A DNA stretch of 64,000 bases from Neovahlkampfia damariscottae (Eukaryota). Below the pieces are notes generated by a model, which worked only from the letters and a program-made list of their open reading frames with translations, was not told the origin of the DNA and ran no database searches. The position numbers and the translations under genes are program-made. The DNA lies in the NCBI GenBank assembly GCA_016618085.1, contig JABLTG010000027.1, forward strand, positions 62,001 through 126,000, given 5' to 3'. This document shows positions 1 to 12,332 of the stretch, one piece after another; within the stretch, counting starts at the first letter, position 1, and the number at the start of each line of letters is the position of its first letter.

Positions 1-744
1 GAAATTGAAGTAGAACAAAACTCACATGATATTTCTGGTGATGATTTCATGATATTAATTGAAGAATCTTCCCAAGAAATTACTATATCTCCTTCTACAT
101 CAACTTCAAAAAAAACTAAAAAATCACCAAATTGTTGGAAACCACAAATGTCTTCCAGTCAAATTGTACCAAGTAATAAAACATTGTCAAAAAAATCTAA
201 AAGAAACTTGGATTTTGATGAAAGAGGTTCACAAAGAAAGAAGAAATGTAGAGATGAAAATTCATCACTGCGTCTTATCATCGTAGATTCACCAGAAGAT
301 CAAGCAGAAAATAATTGGAGACCTATGAGACTTGTAATTGATAATCCAATTGAAAAAGAACTCCCTTTTATACCAACCTTTGATGATGAAGAATTTGATC
401 CAGTTGGATTCCAAGATGATGAACCAGGAGTGCAACAAGAAAAAATTATTCAACAAGAAGAAGAAATTACTCCTATAGAATCATTTTCGGTCACAAATCC
501 TCCAAATCAAGAGACTCTTCTAGAAAAAGAAAAGAAAATTCGAAATGGAATGTGGGAAAAAATTAAAAATCAAGAAAATACTTATTTCTCAGAAATTCTT
601 AAATCTGATGAACTTCATGATGAAGTAGGATCGAATTTTGTGTCACTATTGCACTTGGCAGCACAAAAGGGATTATCATTGGAAAATGAAAACAATGAGG
701 AATTAAGTGATATTCTTATAAAAAATTGTAAAATCATTCAATAA
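1..744 (+). CDS. Condensin kleisin subunit (CAP-H/Barren/Cnd2-like), 3' part; gene starts before the window
   Basis: Frame is open from base 1. The C-terminal FVSLLHLAAQKGLSLE...LSDILI resembles the CAP-H winged-helix motif (LLHLANE). Confidence 0.65.
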   Translation, partial: EIEVEQNSHDISGDDFMILIEESSQEITISPSTSTSKKTKKSPNCWKPQMSSSQIVPSNKTLSKKSKRNLDFDERGSQRKKKCRDENSSLRLIIVDSPEDQAENNWRPMRLVIDNPIEKELPFIPTFDDEEFDPVGFQDDEPGVQQEKIIQQEEEITPIESFSVTNPPNQETLLEKEKKIRNGMWEKIKNQENTYFSEILKSDELHDEVGSNFVSLLHLAAQKGLSLENENNEELSDILIKNCKIIQ

Positions 745-837
745 ATGTTAATTTAATTATTTCAATATCAAATTCATGCAAACTTTGATTATTTCAAAAT
801 AAAAAGAATGAAGAAATATGATTGGTCCACGAATGCA

Positions 838-2669
838 ATGAGTAAAAAAACACAAGTACAAGTTGAAGATCCAGACAGAAAATTAAGTTTAAATATTTTA
901 CAATTAATTACAGAAATTCAAAGTCAAAACGGATTAAGTACAGGAAATTATATTCGTTATAGACAATATTGTACTAGACGTCTTCATAGATTACGTAAAG
1001 GACTTGACTGTAACAAGAATCATTTTTTTTAATTTTTCTTCAAAGGTACTCATGGAAAGAAAAAATATCTTGTCAAAGAAATTGATATTTCTGATATGAA
1101 TGATGAACGTTATTTAATGTTACCTTTACTCAAATCTGAAAGAGCTTGGGCATATGCAACTGAAATTAAATCAGAAGGAATTGAAAAAAGAGCTTTAAAA
1201 CAACACTTTAAAAAAAGATTAAACAAAGCTTTACACTGGAGTGATGAGTTATTCAAATTATCAAAAGAAAAAGCTGATGACAGAACTATATTTGAAGCAC
1301 AAGCATATCATGGATGGATTAAAGGTTTAGTACTTTTAGAATCAGAAAAATGGGAAGAAGCAATTGAAAACTTTATTCATTCAAAGTAACAAAAAAAAAA
1401 AAAATTAATAATTGTTAAAGAACCATTTATGATCAATTAGGTAAAGGTGGAAAATATATTGAAAAAGAAATGTATTCAAAAAGAATTCAAAAAGACTTAG
1501 AACCTTCAATTCGTTTTTGTCAATACAATCTTTCAAAAGATACAAAAGAACTTTCTTCAATTGTTGATGATATTGAAAACGTTGCTTTAGATTTACTTAA
1601 ATCAAAATTAGATGATGTACTTGAAGAATCAAGAAAAAAACAAGTTGAAACACTTGAAGAAATTGAATTCCTTGGTAAAAAAGTACATTTGAGAAATGAT
1701 AAAATTAAAAGAAATATCATTCAAATTGAAGCAAATCAATTAGAACTTGAAAAAACAAATGATGATGATTTGAAACTTAAATTCTTTGATAAAATACTTT
1801 TTACATATTCTGATGTTCTTGGAATGATTAAAGATGATATCAAACAAAAAGTAAAAAAAAAAAAAAAAAACATTGACATGTTATTAGAGTTTACAAAATA
1901 CTTCAACTGAAGAGTTTATGAATGAAATGCGTACATTACATTCATATATTTCATATCAATCAAATAATAAAGTTATTGATCGTAATTTAATTATGATAAA
2001 TACCATATTAAATGATAAAAAAAATACAACAAAATCAGTTGGTGTAGCAAGATTATATGAAATTATTTTACAAGTTTTAAAAAAAAAATAATTTTTAACA
2101 ATTTTTTTTTAGAATTTATCTGATATGGAAAATTTACCAGGAATAGATGAACAAAAAGAAATTTTAACAGAAATTAAAGTTAAAGAAATGTTTTATAAAG
2201 CAAAAAGATGTTTTTATATTGCAAAATCATTTGAAGAAACTGGTAAATGGAAAGAAGCAGCAGGTTTATATGGTAGAAGTGAAGAATTAGCAGGAAGTGC
2301 AAGAGTTTTAATAGAAAATTCAAAATTAAAATTTGACATTTCAGAATTATTAGAAACTATTAGAAAACAACGTTGTATTCTTTCAGCAACAAAAATTTTA
2401 ACAAAACATTCAATTTTAGAAGAAAAAAAAGTGGTAAGTATTATGTTTAGAATTTTCACACTCTCTTTTTGTAGAATGCTAAGAATCCAATTATGAAAAA
2501 TTTAGATGATTTTGTTGTTGATCAGTATGGTAAACCAATTTTATCAACATTTCCACCTGAATATGAAGCAATACCATGTCAACCTGTTTTCTTAGATAAA
2601 GCGATTAATTATGTGAATTATCCAGAAATTAAGAAAGAAAATAAAGGATGGTTCAGCACATGGTTTTAA
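838..2669 (+). CDS. SRP68: Signal recognition particle subunit SRP68 (6 exons)
   Basis: Motifs NGL..GNYIRYRQYCTRRLHRLRK, SERAWAYA, LEPSIRFCQYN and FPPEYEAIPCQPVFLDKA, ending KGWFSTWF. Joined through GT-AG introns 1010-1045, 1386-1420, 1851-1887, 2074-2112 and 2434-2474. Confidence 0.93.
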
Positions 2670-2800
2670 AAATAAAAATATATTTGGAAATATTTTACAT
2701 TCATTTTTTATTTTATGAGAATAATAATTCTCGGAAAAACAACAAACCTATTTGATTGGATAATAATATTAGAAGCATCTATTACTAACTGTTAGTAAAA

Positions 2801-4319
2801 ATGGAGGAAGTTGAACAATCCATGTGTGGAACTATATTCAGAAAATATGGTTCTATCAACGTTTTAGAAGTTCATGAAAAGTTGACAACAAAACCATTAA
2901 TCAAAGAATTTCATTCATCACCAACAAAAGTTCTCATTAAAGTCTTAGCTGCTTCTGTAAATCCATTAGATTGTAAAATTAGAAAAGGTGATTATTTTAA
3001 CACATATTATCCTGCTCTACCTCATATTTTAGGAAAAGATGCATCTGGTAAATTTCAAAAAAAAAAAAGTAACAAATTCATAAAGGCATTGTGGTCGCTG
3101 TTGGAAAAAAAGTTACCAAATTTAATGTAGGAGATGAAGTATTTGGGTGTTTAAAACAATTTACACCTTCAACTGGAACTTATTGTCAATATAGTTGTTT
3201 TGAACAAGAACAACTTGTGTTAAAACCAAAATTATTGTCACACAGAGAAGCAGCAGGACTAGGTTTGTCAGGATGTGCTGGTAATTCAAATATTAAAAAA
3301 AAATTAAATTATTTAAAAAGCATATAGTTGTTTAGTACAACTCGCAAAACTTCAAAAAGATCAGACAATTTTAATCCATGGAGCATCAGGAGGTGTTGGT
3401 TCTTTTGCAATTCAAATTGCAAAACATTTAGGAGCAAAGATATACACAACAAGTTCAAAAGAAAACTTAGAATATTGTAGAGATTTAGGTTCAAATTTTG
3501 CTTTGAATCATAATAGAGCGTAAGGAAGAGAATCTATTTTGTTTTAATCTTTGTTTTTTTTTCAGCTTTGAAAACTCTTTTCAAGATACATTAGATGTAG
3601 TTTTGGACTTAAAAGGAAACTTAAATGAATCAATTCAAGAATACATGAGTAAAAAGAGTATCTTCATTTCTTTGGTCAATACATCAACATTTAATTCAAT
3701 GGCAAAAACACTTTTTGGATTTATTTCTGGAATTTCTTATCATTTTCCAACTATTAACCCAACTCAAGATGTTTTATCAAAAGTTGCTCATTTAGCTTCA
3801 GAAAAAGTTTTAAAAGTTCATATTAGTTCGTTATATGCTTTATGTGACATTAAAAAAGCACATGAACATGTTGATAAAGGAGAAACAGTTGGAAAAGTTA
3901 TACTTGATGTCGAACATCCATTTGCATCAAATGTTGATATTCAAGTTGAAACTATAAGCTCACCTTTACCTATATCTGATAATATTGATTCAATTATTGA
4001 AGAAAAAAAAAAAGCGAAACGTAAATCAAGAGATAGTAAAAGAGATTCAGAAACTATTAAGGAAGATAACCATTTTCATGACTTAGTTTATGAAGAAAAA
4101 AATGAAACAAAACCGGAATTAAAAGATGAACAAAAAATTGAAGAAGTTCAAGAAACAAGAGTTGAAGAAGTAAAAGATCAAGTTGATGAAGTACAAGAAG
4201 TACAAGAAGAAACAAAAATTGAAGAAGTAAATGATCAAGTAGCAGAAATCAAAGAAGAAGAAGAAAAACAAGAAGTAGAAGAAGGGGATCATCCTGGATT
4301 TACTGATATTGATATTTGA
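2801..4319 (+). CDS. MDR-family NAD(P)H quinone oxidoreductase (RTN4IP1/zeta-crystallin-like) with an acidic low-complexity tail
   Basis: Motifs VLIKVLAASVNPLDCKIRKG, ILGKDASG, FNVGDEVFG, ILIHGASGGVGSFAIQIAK and GKVIL. Introns 3048-3085, 3281-3320 and 3520-3565. Confidence 0.88.
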
Positions 4320-4324
4320 ATATA

Positions 4325-5254
4325 TTATTTATTTTCCATTCTTGATTGTTTAAATTTTGATATTTTTTTTGGTTTTTCAGTAATTTCAATTTTTTTATTG
4401 GTCATAGAGTCACGTTCTACAATTTGACCAGAAAATGGATTATCAAATTTCATTTTTTTGTTATTTTCTTGATATTTAATTTTTCTTTCTTCATTAAAAT
4501 ATTTATCAAATGAAGCATCTAATAATTCTTCATTCCTTTCAAAATTTTCTTCTTCTTCTTCTTCTTGTATTATTTCATCTCCAAATTGAACTTTTTTAGA
4601 TTTTTTAAAATACTTATTAAATTCATCTTCATCTGTTATTTCAGTTGTATTGTTATTCTCTATTGTAATCTCTTCTTCCATAATTTCTTCATCCCATATT
4701 TCTTCTTCTAATTCTAATTGTTTTAACATTTTTTCAATATCATCTTCATCTTTCTCTGTAACTTTAATGTTTTTTTTTAAAATTGATTTTGGTTTTTTGA
4801 CATTTTCATATTTTTCAAATTCAACAATTTCAAATGGTTCTTCTTCCTCTTTTGGATTTTCAACTTTTGGTTGGAAAATTTCTTTGGTCAAACCCATTCT
4901 TGTGTATAATTTATTCAATTCCGATTCTTCAAATTCAATATTTTTTTTTAAATTTTTTTTTCTTCCTTGTATAATTTCAATAGCTGTTTTGGTTGAAACT
5001 TTAGCATGGTATTCACCACCTAAATAAACCATAACTTCATTTGTATGATATAATTCACCTGGAATACATGCAAGTTCACCTAATGGAACCATACAAGGAT
5101 GAGATATTTTATGAATTAATTTTGATAAAAGTGTTTCTAATTCAGAATACTTCATGGTTTGATTTTTGAACTCTGAAACATATTGTTTATGTTGTGAAAC
5201 TGCTTGTGAAAATTTTTCTTCAATTTCTTTGTACTCTTGTTTTGTTTGGTTCAT
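4325..5254 (-). CDS. URI1: Unconventional prefoldin RPB5 interactor (URI1/Bud27)
   Basis: Prefoldin-alpha motif MVPLGELACIPGELYHTNEVMVYLG, an acidic middle region and the C-terminal URI box KKISKFKQSR. Intronless. Confidence 0.88.
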   Translation of the reverse strand: MNQTKQEYKEIEEKFSQAVSQHKQYVSEFKNQTMKYSELETLLSKLIHKISHPCMVPLGELACIPGELYHTNEVMVYLGGEYHAKVSTKTAIEIIQGRKKNLKKNIEFEESELNKLYTRMGLTKEIFQPKVENPKEEEEPFEIVEFEKYENVKKPKSILKKNIKVTEKDEDDIEKMLKQLELEEEIWDEEIMEEEITIENNNTTEITDEDEFNKYFKKSKKVQFGDEIIQEEEEEENFERNEELLDASFDKYFNEERKIKYQENNKKMKFDNPFSGQIVERDSMTNKKIEITEKPKKISKFKQSRMENK

Positions 5255-5311
5255 TTTAGTTTGTGAATTGATTGGTGGGTTTTTTTCTTTTTTTCATTGG
5301 AGCTTTATTTT
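5255..5311. promoter_or_regulatory. 57-bp bidirectional promoter between URI1 and CHD1L with two CCAAT/ATTGG boxes
   Basis: Divergent ATGs at 5254 and 5312; ATTGG at 5271-5275 and 5296-5300. The same motif recurs upstream of most genes in the window. Confidence 0.6.
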
Positions 5312-8300
5312 ATGGAGAAAGTAGTTGAAAGCTGTGAGAAGATTTTCAAAAGTCAACAAGGGATTTTAAAGAAATTAGAAGATTTGGAACAACCAAAAAA
5401 CATTGTAAACTGCACCATGAAGTCATATCAAGTTTTTTTTTTCTTCTAATTTTTCAGATTACTGGTTTAAGATGGTTGGCTTCTTGTTTTTCAGAAAATC
5501 ACTCTTGTATACTCGCTGATGATATGGGTCTTGGAAAAACATTACAATCAGTTCTATTTAATTCTAATCTAACCTTGTAGATTGTACTTTTTAATTTTTT
5601 TGTTTTTTAATTTTCTAAAGTCCTTTTTGACATTTTTAAAAGAAAAACATGATTCAAAGGGACCATTCCGTAATATATTTTGACAAATTAATTTTTTAGT
5701 CATTATTGCTCCATTGTCGGTGGTTGAAAATTGGGTTAATGAATTTGAAAAATTTAGTCCAACCATCAAAGTCGTAAAATTCATTGGATGCAAAGAAGAA
5801 AGAGAAGAATTTCAAAAGAAACAAAAAGTAATTACAATAACTTTAATTTTTTTTATCAAGGATTTTGAAGTCTTGGTGACATCCTATGGTTTTAACTCCA
5901 AAATTTATTTTAATTTTTTTTAGATATGATAATCAGGGAATGTGATTATTTATCAAAAATTAAATGGAATGTATTAGTTGTTGATGAAGGACATCGTTTA
6001 AAAAACAAAAATGGTTTATTAAATTCATACTAATTTTTTAAGCTGTGTTATACACTACATTGACTGAAGAATTTAAACTTCCATTTAAAATATTATTAAC
6101 TGGTACTCCAATACAAAATAATATAAAGGAATTATTCTCTTTAATTCATTTCATCAATCCAGAACTATTTAATAATGAAGATGATTTTTTGAATACATTC
6201 AAAGATATGGAAAACAAAGAAAATGAAAACATAGACATTCTTCAGAACATGTTAAAACCATTCATTTTGAGAAGAAACAAAAAAGATGTTTTGAAAGATT
6301 TACCAAAGAAAAAAGAGTATCTCTTATATTCACAATTGACAAAAATGCAAAAAAAATATTACATTGGAATTTTAAAAAAAGATGCGAATGTATTCAATAA
6401 AAAAGCATCTAGATCTTTGGTAAATGTAATCATGTCTTTAAGAAAATGTTGCAATCATCCATATTTATTTCAAGGAGCAGAACCAGAACCATTTTCAGAA
6501 GGGGAACATATTATCAACAACAGTGGAAAGAGTAAGGAAAAGTTTATTAAATTATAGTGATTTTACTTGATAAATTATTGACAAAACTTCATAAAGAAGG
6601 ACACAAAGTTTTAATATTTTCTCAGATGACAAGGTAATACTCAAAATTATGTATTCAATTTTACAATAGTATGTTGGATATTGTTCAAGATTATATGCAT
6701 TTAAGAAATTATGTTTATGAAAGAATTGATGGATCTGTTAGATCAGAAGAAAGAAATTTGGCAATTAAGAATTTTACTCAAGATGATATATTTGCATTTT
6801 TGTTATCAACAAGAGCAGGAGGTTTAATTTTTTAAAAATTAACAATTTTGAAAGGAGTTGGATTAAATCTAGTCAAAGCAGGTAAATAAAAGAAAATGAA
6901 TCAACTTCAATAGATACTGTCATTTTTATTGATCATGATTATAATCCAATGATGGATAAACAAGCTCAAGAGAGAGTTTATCGTATTGGACAAACCAAAG
7001 AAGTATCCATTTTCAGATTGATTATGAAAAACACAGTAGAAGAAATTACATTAAAAAGAGCCTTCAAAAAATTACAATTAGCTGAAAATATTATAGAATC
7101 TGGAAAATTATCATCTGAAGAAAAAACTATTGAAACAGAAACATTAATGGATATTATCAAATTTGGACTTCACAATGTTATGAATGATGAAAACTCTGAT
7201 GAAGATTTATTAAATACTGATATAGAAAAACTATTAGGAGAAGGTGAAATAATCAATCAAGAAGAGGAAAAATTAGAAGAAAAAATTGAAGTTAAAGATG
7301 ACATGTATACATTTGAAGGTACAGATTACAAACAAAAGAAAGGTAAAAAAGATGATGAAATTTTTTTGAAAATAACTGATATTGATACTGCAATTGCTCC
7401 ATTGCCAAAAAGACTTCCTAAAATTAAGAAAGTAAAAAGTGATTTTGAAGAAAAACCAAAAAAAAGAAAAAAAACAACTTCAAATTATGTTTCAAATAAC
7501 ATCATATTACCAGAAGATACTGATGAATCAGATGAATTATTCATTGATGGTAAGAAATTTTTATTATTCAATTGTTGTGAATAGAATTAGAAGATGTAGA
7601 AGTTCCATTATCATTTGTGTTTGGTGATGTCACAAAACCACATTTTGGAAAATCTCCAAAAATTATATTAAAGTAATTAAATAGATTATTTAACATCTTT
7701 TTAAGTTGTGTTTCAACACTTGGTAAATGGGGAAAAGGAGGATTATTTTCTGCTTTGAATAAAATTTCTGACTTACCCAAAAAACAATATGAAAAAACAA
7801 AGAAAAACAAAGATTTAAGTTTAGGAGATGCAAACTTAGTTAAAATTTCAGATGAACTTTTTGTTGTGAATGTTTGTGTTCAAAAAATGGAAAAAGGATT
7901 TGTAAGTGGAATTATCTTAGAATCATTGGAAGAAACTTTGAAAAAAGTAGCATTTAAAGCAAAGGAACTGGGAGCATCAGTTCATTTACCAAGAATTGGA
8001 TATGGACTTCCTAATTTCAATTGGTATGGTGTTGAAAGAATCTTGAAAAAGAATCTCTCAACTTTGGGAATTCCAAGTTTCGTTTATTACTATAAGAAAA
8101 ATCAATCACCTCAAATTCAAAAAATAAATTCAATTAATTTTGAAACAATCACAGAAAATATGTCAGAATCGGATGATGAAGAAGTTGTTGATGTTTTTGA
8201 AGGTATTTCAATTGCATTGTATGATTTAAATGATGAAGAAAAATCTTACAAAAGAAAAGTTTTCCAAAATGGAGGTATTGTAGTTCAATTACCAACAGAT

Positions 8301-8547
8301 CAAGTGAATGTGATTGTTACCTCTTTATCTTCAATGGATGATGTAATTTTTATTCAAATTTTTTATTTTTTATTTTTACTAGATATTGATCAAATATTCT
8401 GATGAAATTCCACATGTAAGAGTTTTAAAAAAAGAATGGATTGATGCTTGCCTTGGTGAAGGTGTTCTTGTGAAAGATTCATTTTATGAATTATCAAGAA
8501 AAGATAGAAAAATTGAATCTTCAATTGATCCAGAAAATTATTATTAA
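5312..8547 (+). CDS. CHD1L: CHD1L/ALC1-like SNF2 chromatin remodeller with a macrodomain and a C-terminal BRCT-like domain (about 14 exons)
   Basis: SNF2 motifs [44 protein letters not shown] and [11 protein letters not shown]. Macro motifs [12 protein letters not shown] and [24 protein letters not shown]-like GG...EWIDAC tail. Confidence 0.9.
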
Positions 8548-8847
8548 AGTTTTTGATTCAGAGTTCAAAAAATTATTGAGTTTCATTCAAAATAAACTCA
8601 AAAGAAGAAAATTTCCATTTTAAATTGAATCGTCTTTTTTACAAAAAAAAATAAATCAAAATTCTCTTCTTGATGGGCGAATTATGTTGATTCAACTTTT
8701 TTTTTTCACAATTTTTAGGAAATATTCGAAAATTAAATGCTTTGATTGATGTTTGACCTCCTCCAATCAACCTTTGAAAATTTTGGGGAATCCTGGAACA
8801 TGTGGATGATAAATCACAAAGTTCATGAAATGAAATCTTCAAACAAT

Positions 8848-9488
8848 TTATTTTTTTCTGAGAATCACAAATCTTGAATTTCCACTACTACCTTCAATAG
8901 AGCAAGCACCTACAGCGAAATTTGATTGACGAGCAGGACTTCCTTCACAGTTTGGGCGAAAAAATATCTTTTGAACTGCCATTTTTTTTTCCGAATCAAA
9001 ATAAACCTCAATGCTTGTGCTACTTGACATTCGATAACATATCTTATCAGAGTATCCAACAAAAAGACCTGTTGAAATTTTGCATTCTTTATCTTGGAAA
9101 ATTTCAAATTCAAATCCTGATTTTTCAATTTTTGGTGGTTCTCCAACAAAACTTAATCTTGAATAATGACGAACGTTGCTATTTTGACAATGTAAGCCAA
9201 CTGGGCCCTCTCTTTGACAATTTTTGCAATCCGAATCAGTGCATCTTGATCTAAATTTCAATTTTTCATCTTTGAATTGATATTTCTCATATAAATTCGG
9301 AACTGAAGAAGGATGGCATTTGTTAGTGAGGGTCTAGTGATGTTAATTGTGTATTTTTTTACATGGGTGAATCTGACAGATTTAACATTTCTACAATCAT
9401 AAGTATCATATTGTTTGTTCACGTAGTGTTCGGAACTACAAACAACAAAGAGTGTTAGCATGAATATAAGTGTTTTGATGTTTTGCAT
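8848..9488 (-). CDS. Small secreted cysteine-rich protein (2 exons)
   Basis: Hydrophobic N-terminal signal peptide. One GT-AG intron at about 9335-9362 joins the two ORFs in frame. Regularly spaced Cys. Confidence 0.65.
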
Positions 9489-9698
9489 TTTTCAAGTGAT
9501 TAGAAGTCAACAACAATTTTCATTGGATGGAGATTCTAATATTTAGATTCACACAATTGTTCCTTACTTACCTATAATTGGAACATTTTCCGTCAAATTT
9601 AGCTGAAACATTCAAATCCAAATAGTACTTTCTGAAACTCACTGGATTATTATACTCACATACAAAGCTTGAACTTCCAATCAAAATCCAGACAAGTC

Positions 9699-10987
9699 AT
9701 GAGCTTTTTAAACGATTTGAACAACTTCAACAAAGAAGGTCTGAACCACACAGAAACAAAAGAAAAATCAATATCTGACATAATAGGAAAGAGTAAAACA
9801 ATACATAATTATTCATAAAAAGAACCTGTTGACTTTGCACCAAAAAATAAAGTTAAAAAAGAATTCACAGATGAACCAGAAATTCTTGAAAAAAAAATAA
9901 AAATATTAATAGAATTAATAAAAGAATCAAAAAACCTTGGATTTTTCACTGGAGCTGGTATATCAACAGCCAGTAAAAACCGAAAAACAAAATTTATTTT
10001 TTTTATAAAGGTGGAATCGCTTCATTTAGAGGTGAAGGTGGTTTAGCACAAAAAGGGATACTAGGTCTTCGTGAAAGTGATCTTGTAACAAAAAAAAACT
10101 TTTTCTAAAAAAACAAGGATTTTTTAATGCCAAGTTATTCACATCAAGCTATCAAAATTTTAGTTGACAATGACATTGCAAAATATGTATTAACATCCAA
10201 TCATGATAATATTCATCGCAAAACTGGAATTCCTGAAGAAAAAATGGGAGAACTCTTTGGAAATGCATACATTGAAGAATGTTTAAAATGTCACACACTT
10301 TATGAAAGAAAAACTCAAGTTCCGACATTGGGGAGATATTGTGAAGATGAAACATGTAAAGGAAGATTAGTTCGAACAGGTGTCAGATTTGGACAATCTG
10401 TTCCTGAAAAAGCTATCAAAACATGTTCAAGAATTTCGAAAGCCTGTGATTTGGCTATTATCATTGGAAGTTCAATGACAGTGAATCCATTTTGTTCATT
10501 TGCTTCTACACCTAAAAAATATGTTATTATTAATCTTCAAGAAACTCCATATGACAATGATTGCACGTTGAAAATTCATGCAAATTGTGATGACGTGATG
10601 AAAGAGGTAATGAAAGAATTGAAACTTGAAATTGGTTCATATGAGTATAAACAAGTTCTTTTAAACTATTTTTTAATATAATTTCAGGAATACGTTATTG
10701 GTCATACTTTAAAACCTTTTGAATTGTTTTTAAAGAATCCAAGAATTAATGAATGTTGCACTTGTGTGAAGAATGTTGAATGTATGTTTGCTTCAAAAAA
10801 AGTCAAAGATATGGACAAAGAAAAATACAAATTCAGTATTAAAATACCAGAAGATGAAAATGAAATTGTGATGAAAATCCAATTCGCAGATGGATACAAA
10901 ATTGAAGATAGAGAAATCCTCTATAACATAGATTCCTCAAAAGATGATTTGTTGGTGTTTGAATTGAAAAAAAAAATAAACTATTAA
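9699..10987 (+). CDS. Class IV (SIRT6/7-like) sirtuin with an N-terminal thymosin/WH2-like motif and substituted catalytic residues (5 exons)
   Basis: Motifs FTGAGISTASGIASFRG, PSYSH, TSNHDNIHRKTG, ELFGN, CxxC...CxxxxC Zn site, CDLAIIIGSSMTV and IINLQETPYD. Introns 9793-9822, 9973-10010, 10085-10117 and about 10655-10687. Confidence 0.88.
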
Positions 10988-11079
10988 TCAATAAATCCGA
11001 TTTTCTTTTCTGTTATTGATTCTTGAAGGTGAAGGGTTTTTTGTTTGATATGCCATCGAAAGAAATTCCATTTATTGAA

Positions 11080-12332
11080 TTATTTGCTGAATAATTTTGA
11101 GATTATTGGTATTTCATACTCATTCGCAACGACTCCTTTTGTATGCTCTTCCAAATAACCAATCAAAGGAAAGTAAAAATTTTGAGCTAATAAATCAGTT
11201 CCCGTGTTCTCTTTGACAGAATAATGTAAATTAGCAACAGTATGATAACTTTGAAATACCCTTGATGAAATATAAAAAGCAATGAAAACATCAATAGAAT
11301 AATGTTCATGAGCTGCTAAAATGAAGAACATTCCAAAAAAGTTCAAAACCCAAGTTATGATATGAAGACCTTTCCATTCCTCTCTTGTATATTCAGTGAT
11401 GAAATGATTAAACATTGTTAAAATAACTGTATGACCACTGAACATATAATCACCACTATTTTCGAAATTTAGATGATCAAAAAAATTAAAAACCATGTAT
11501 AAACACCTGATATTGATAATCCTAAACCTTTTGTTATCTGCCATGCTTTCATTAATTTTTGGTCAAATGGCAAAATCTCTGCATTTGCACAATTTGTTAA
11601 ATGTTTTCCTGGTACACTTAAACTAGTGATAAACATTGTTAAACAACGAAGCAAGAATACAACACCAATAATAACAGACATTCTTCTAATGATAATCATT
11701 CTATGTTTATGAAATATGAGAAGAACAAGCATGATGAGAGTTAAACTCAGAATACAAACTTCAGCTAATTCGAAGGCAATCGGAATTCGATCAATATTAT
11801 CTAAAATAAAATCAGGTAGAGGTGGGTAAGTTGTTGGATTTGGTACTCTTTCATGTGCAATAACCATTGTAATTGAAGTCAAAAAAATGATCATCAAAGT
11901 AAACAATGAACTCACAAATAATTTTGTAAATGAAGAAGCCCATGATTCTTCACCAGATGAATCCCATATGACAATTTCATTGAATAAACTTTGTAATTTG
12001 ACATTTAACGGTGAATTTGGTTTAATTCTTGGTGATGTAGATTTTGGTGGAATGATTTTTGGAGAGTCTGACGGTGTTTTTGGTTCTTTTTCTTCTTCAT
12101 CCTCTTCTTTTGTTATAATTGAAATTATAGGTTTTTTTTTCTTTTTTAATAAAGAAAGTAACTTTCTAATATCACCTAAAATTTTAAAATTTAAATATTC
12201 TTTCAAGTCATCTTCTGTCAAAGTTAACAATACTTTTCCATCAATTTTTTGTTTTTCAAAATTATCAATATATTCTTCAAAATTATTTTCCTTCAACCAT
12301 TCAGCAACTTCTTCAACAGATAAACTTTCCAT
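11080..12332 (-). CDS. SAMD8: SAM-domain sphingomyelin synthase-related protein (SMSr/SAMD8-like)
   Basis: N-terminal SAM domain, then HERVP..YPPLPD, LRCLTMFITSLSVPG, TCGDYMFSGHT (restored by intron 11456-11493) and AHEHYSIDV. Confidence 0.9.

Noticed and set aside
808..837. ORF-track start for SRP68 at 808; similar extensions at 32236, 36383, 38759 and 41599
   Set aside because: These extensions run through CCAAT-containing promoter DNA or a neighbouring gene, so the downstream ATGs are more plausible.
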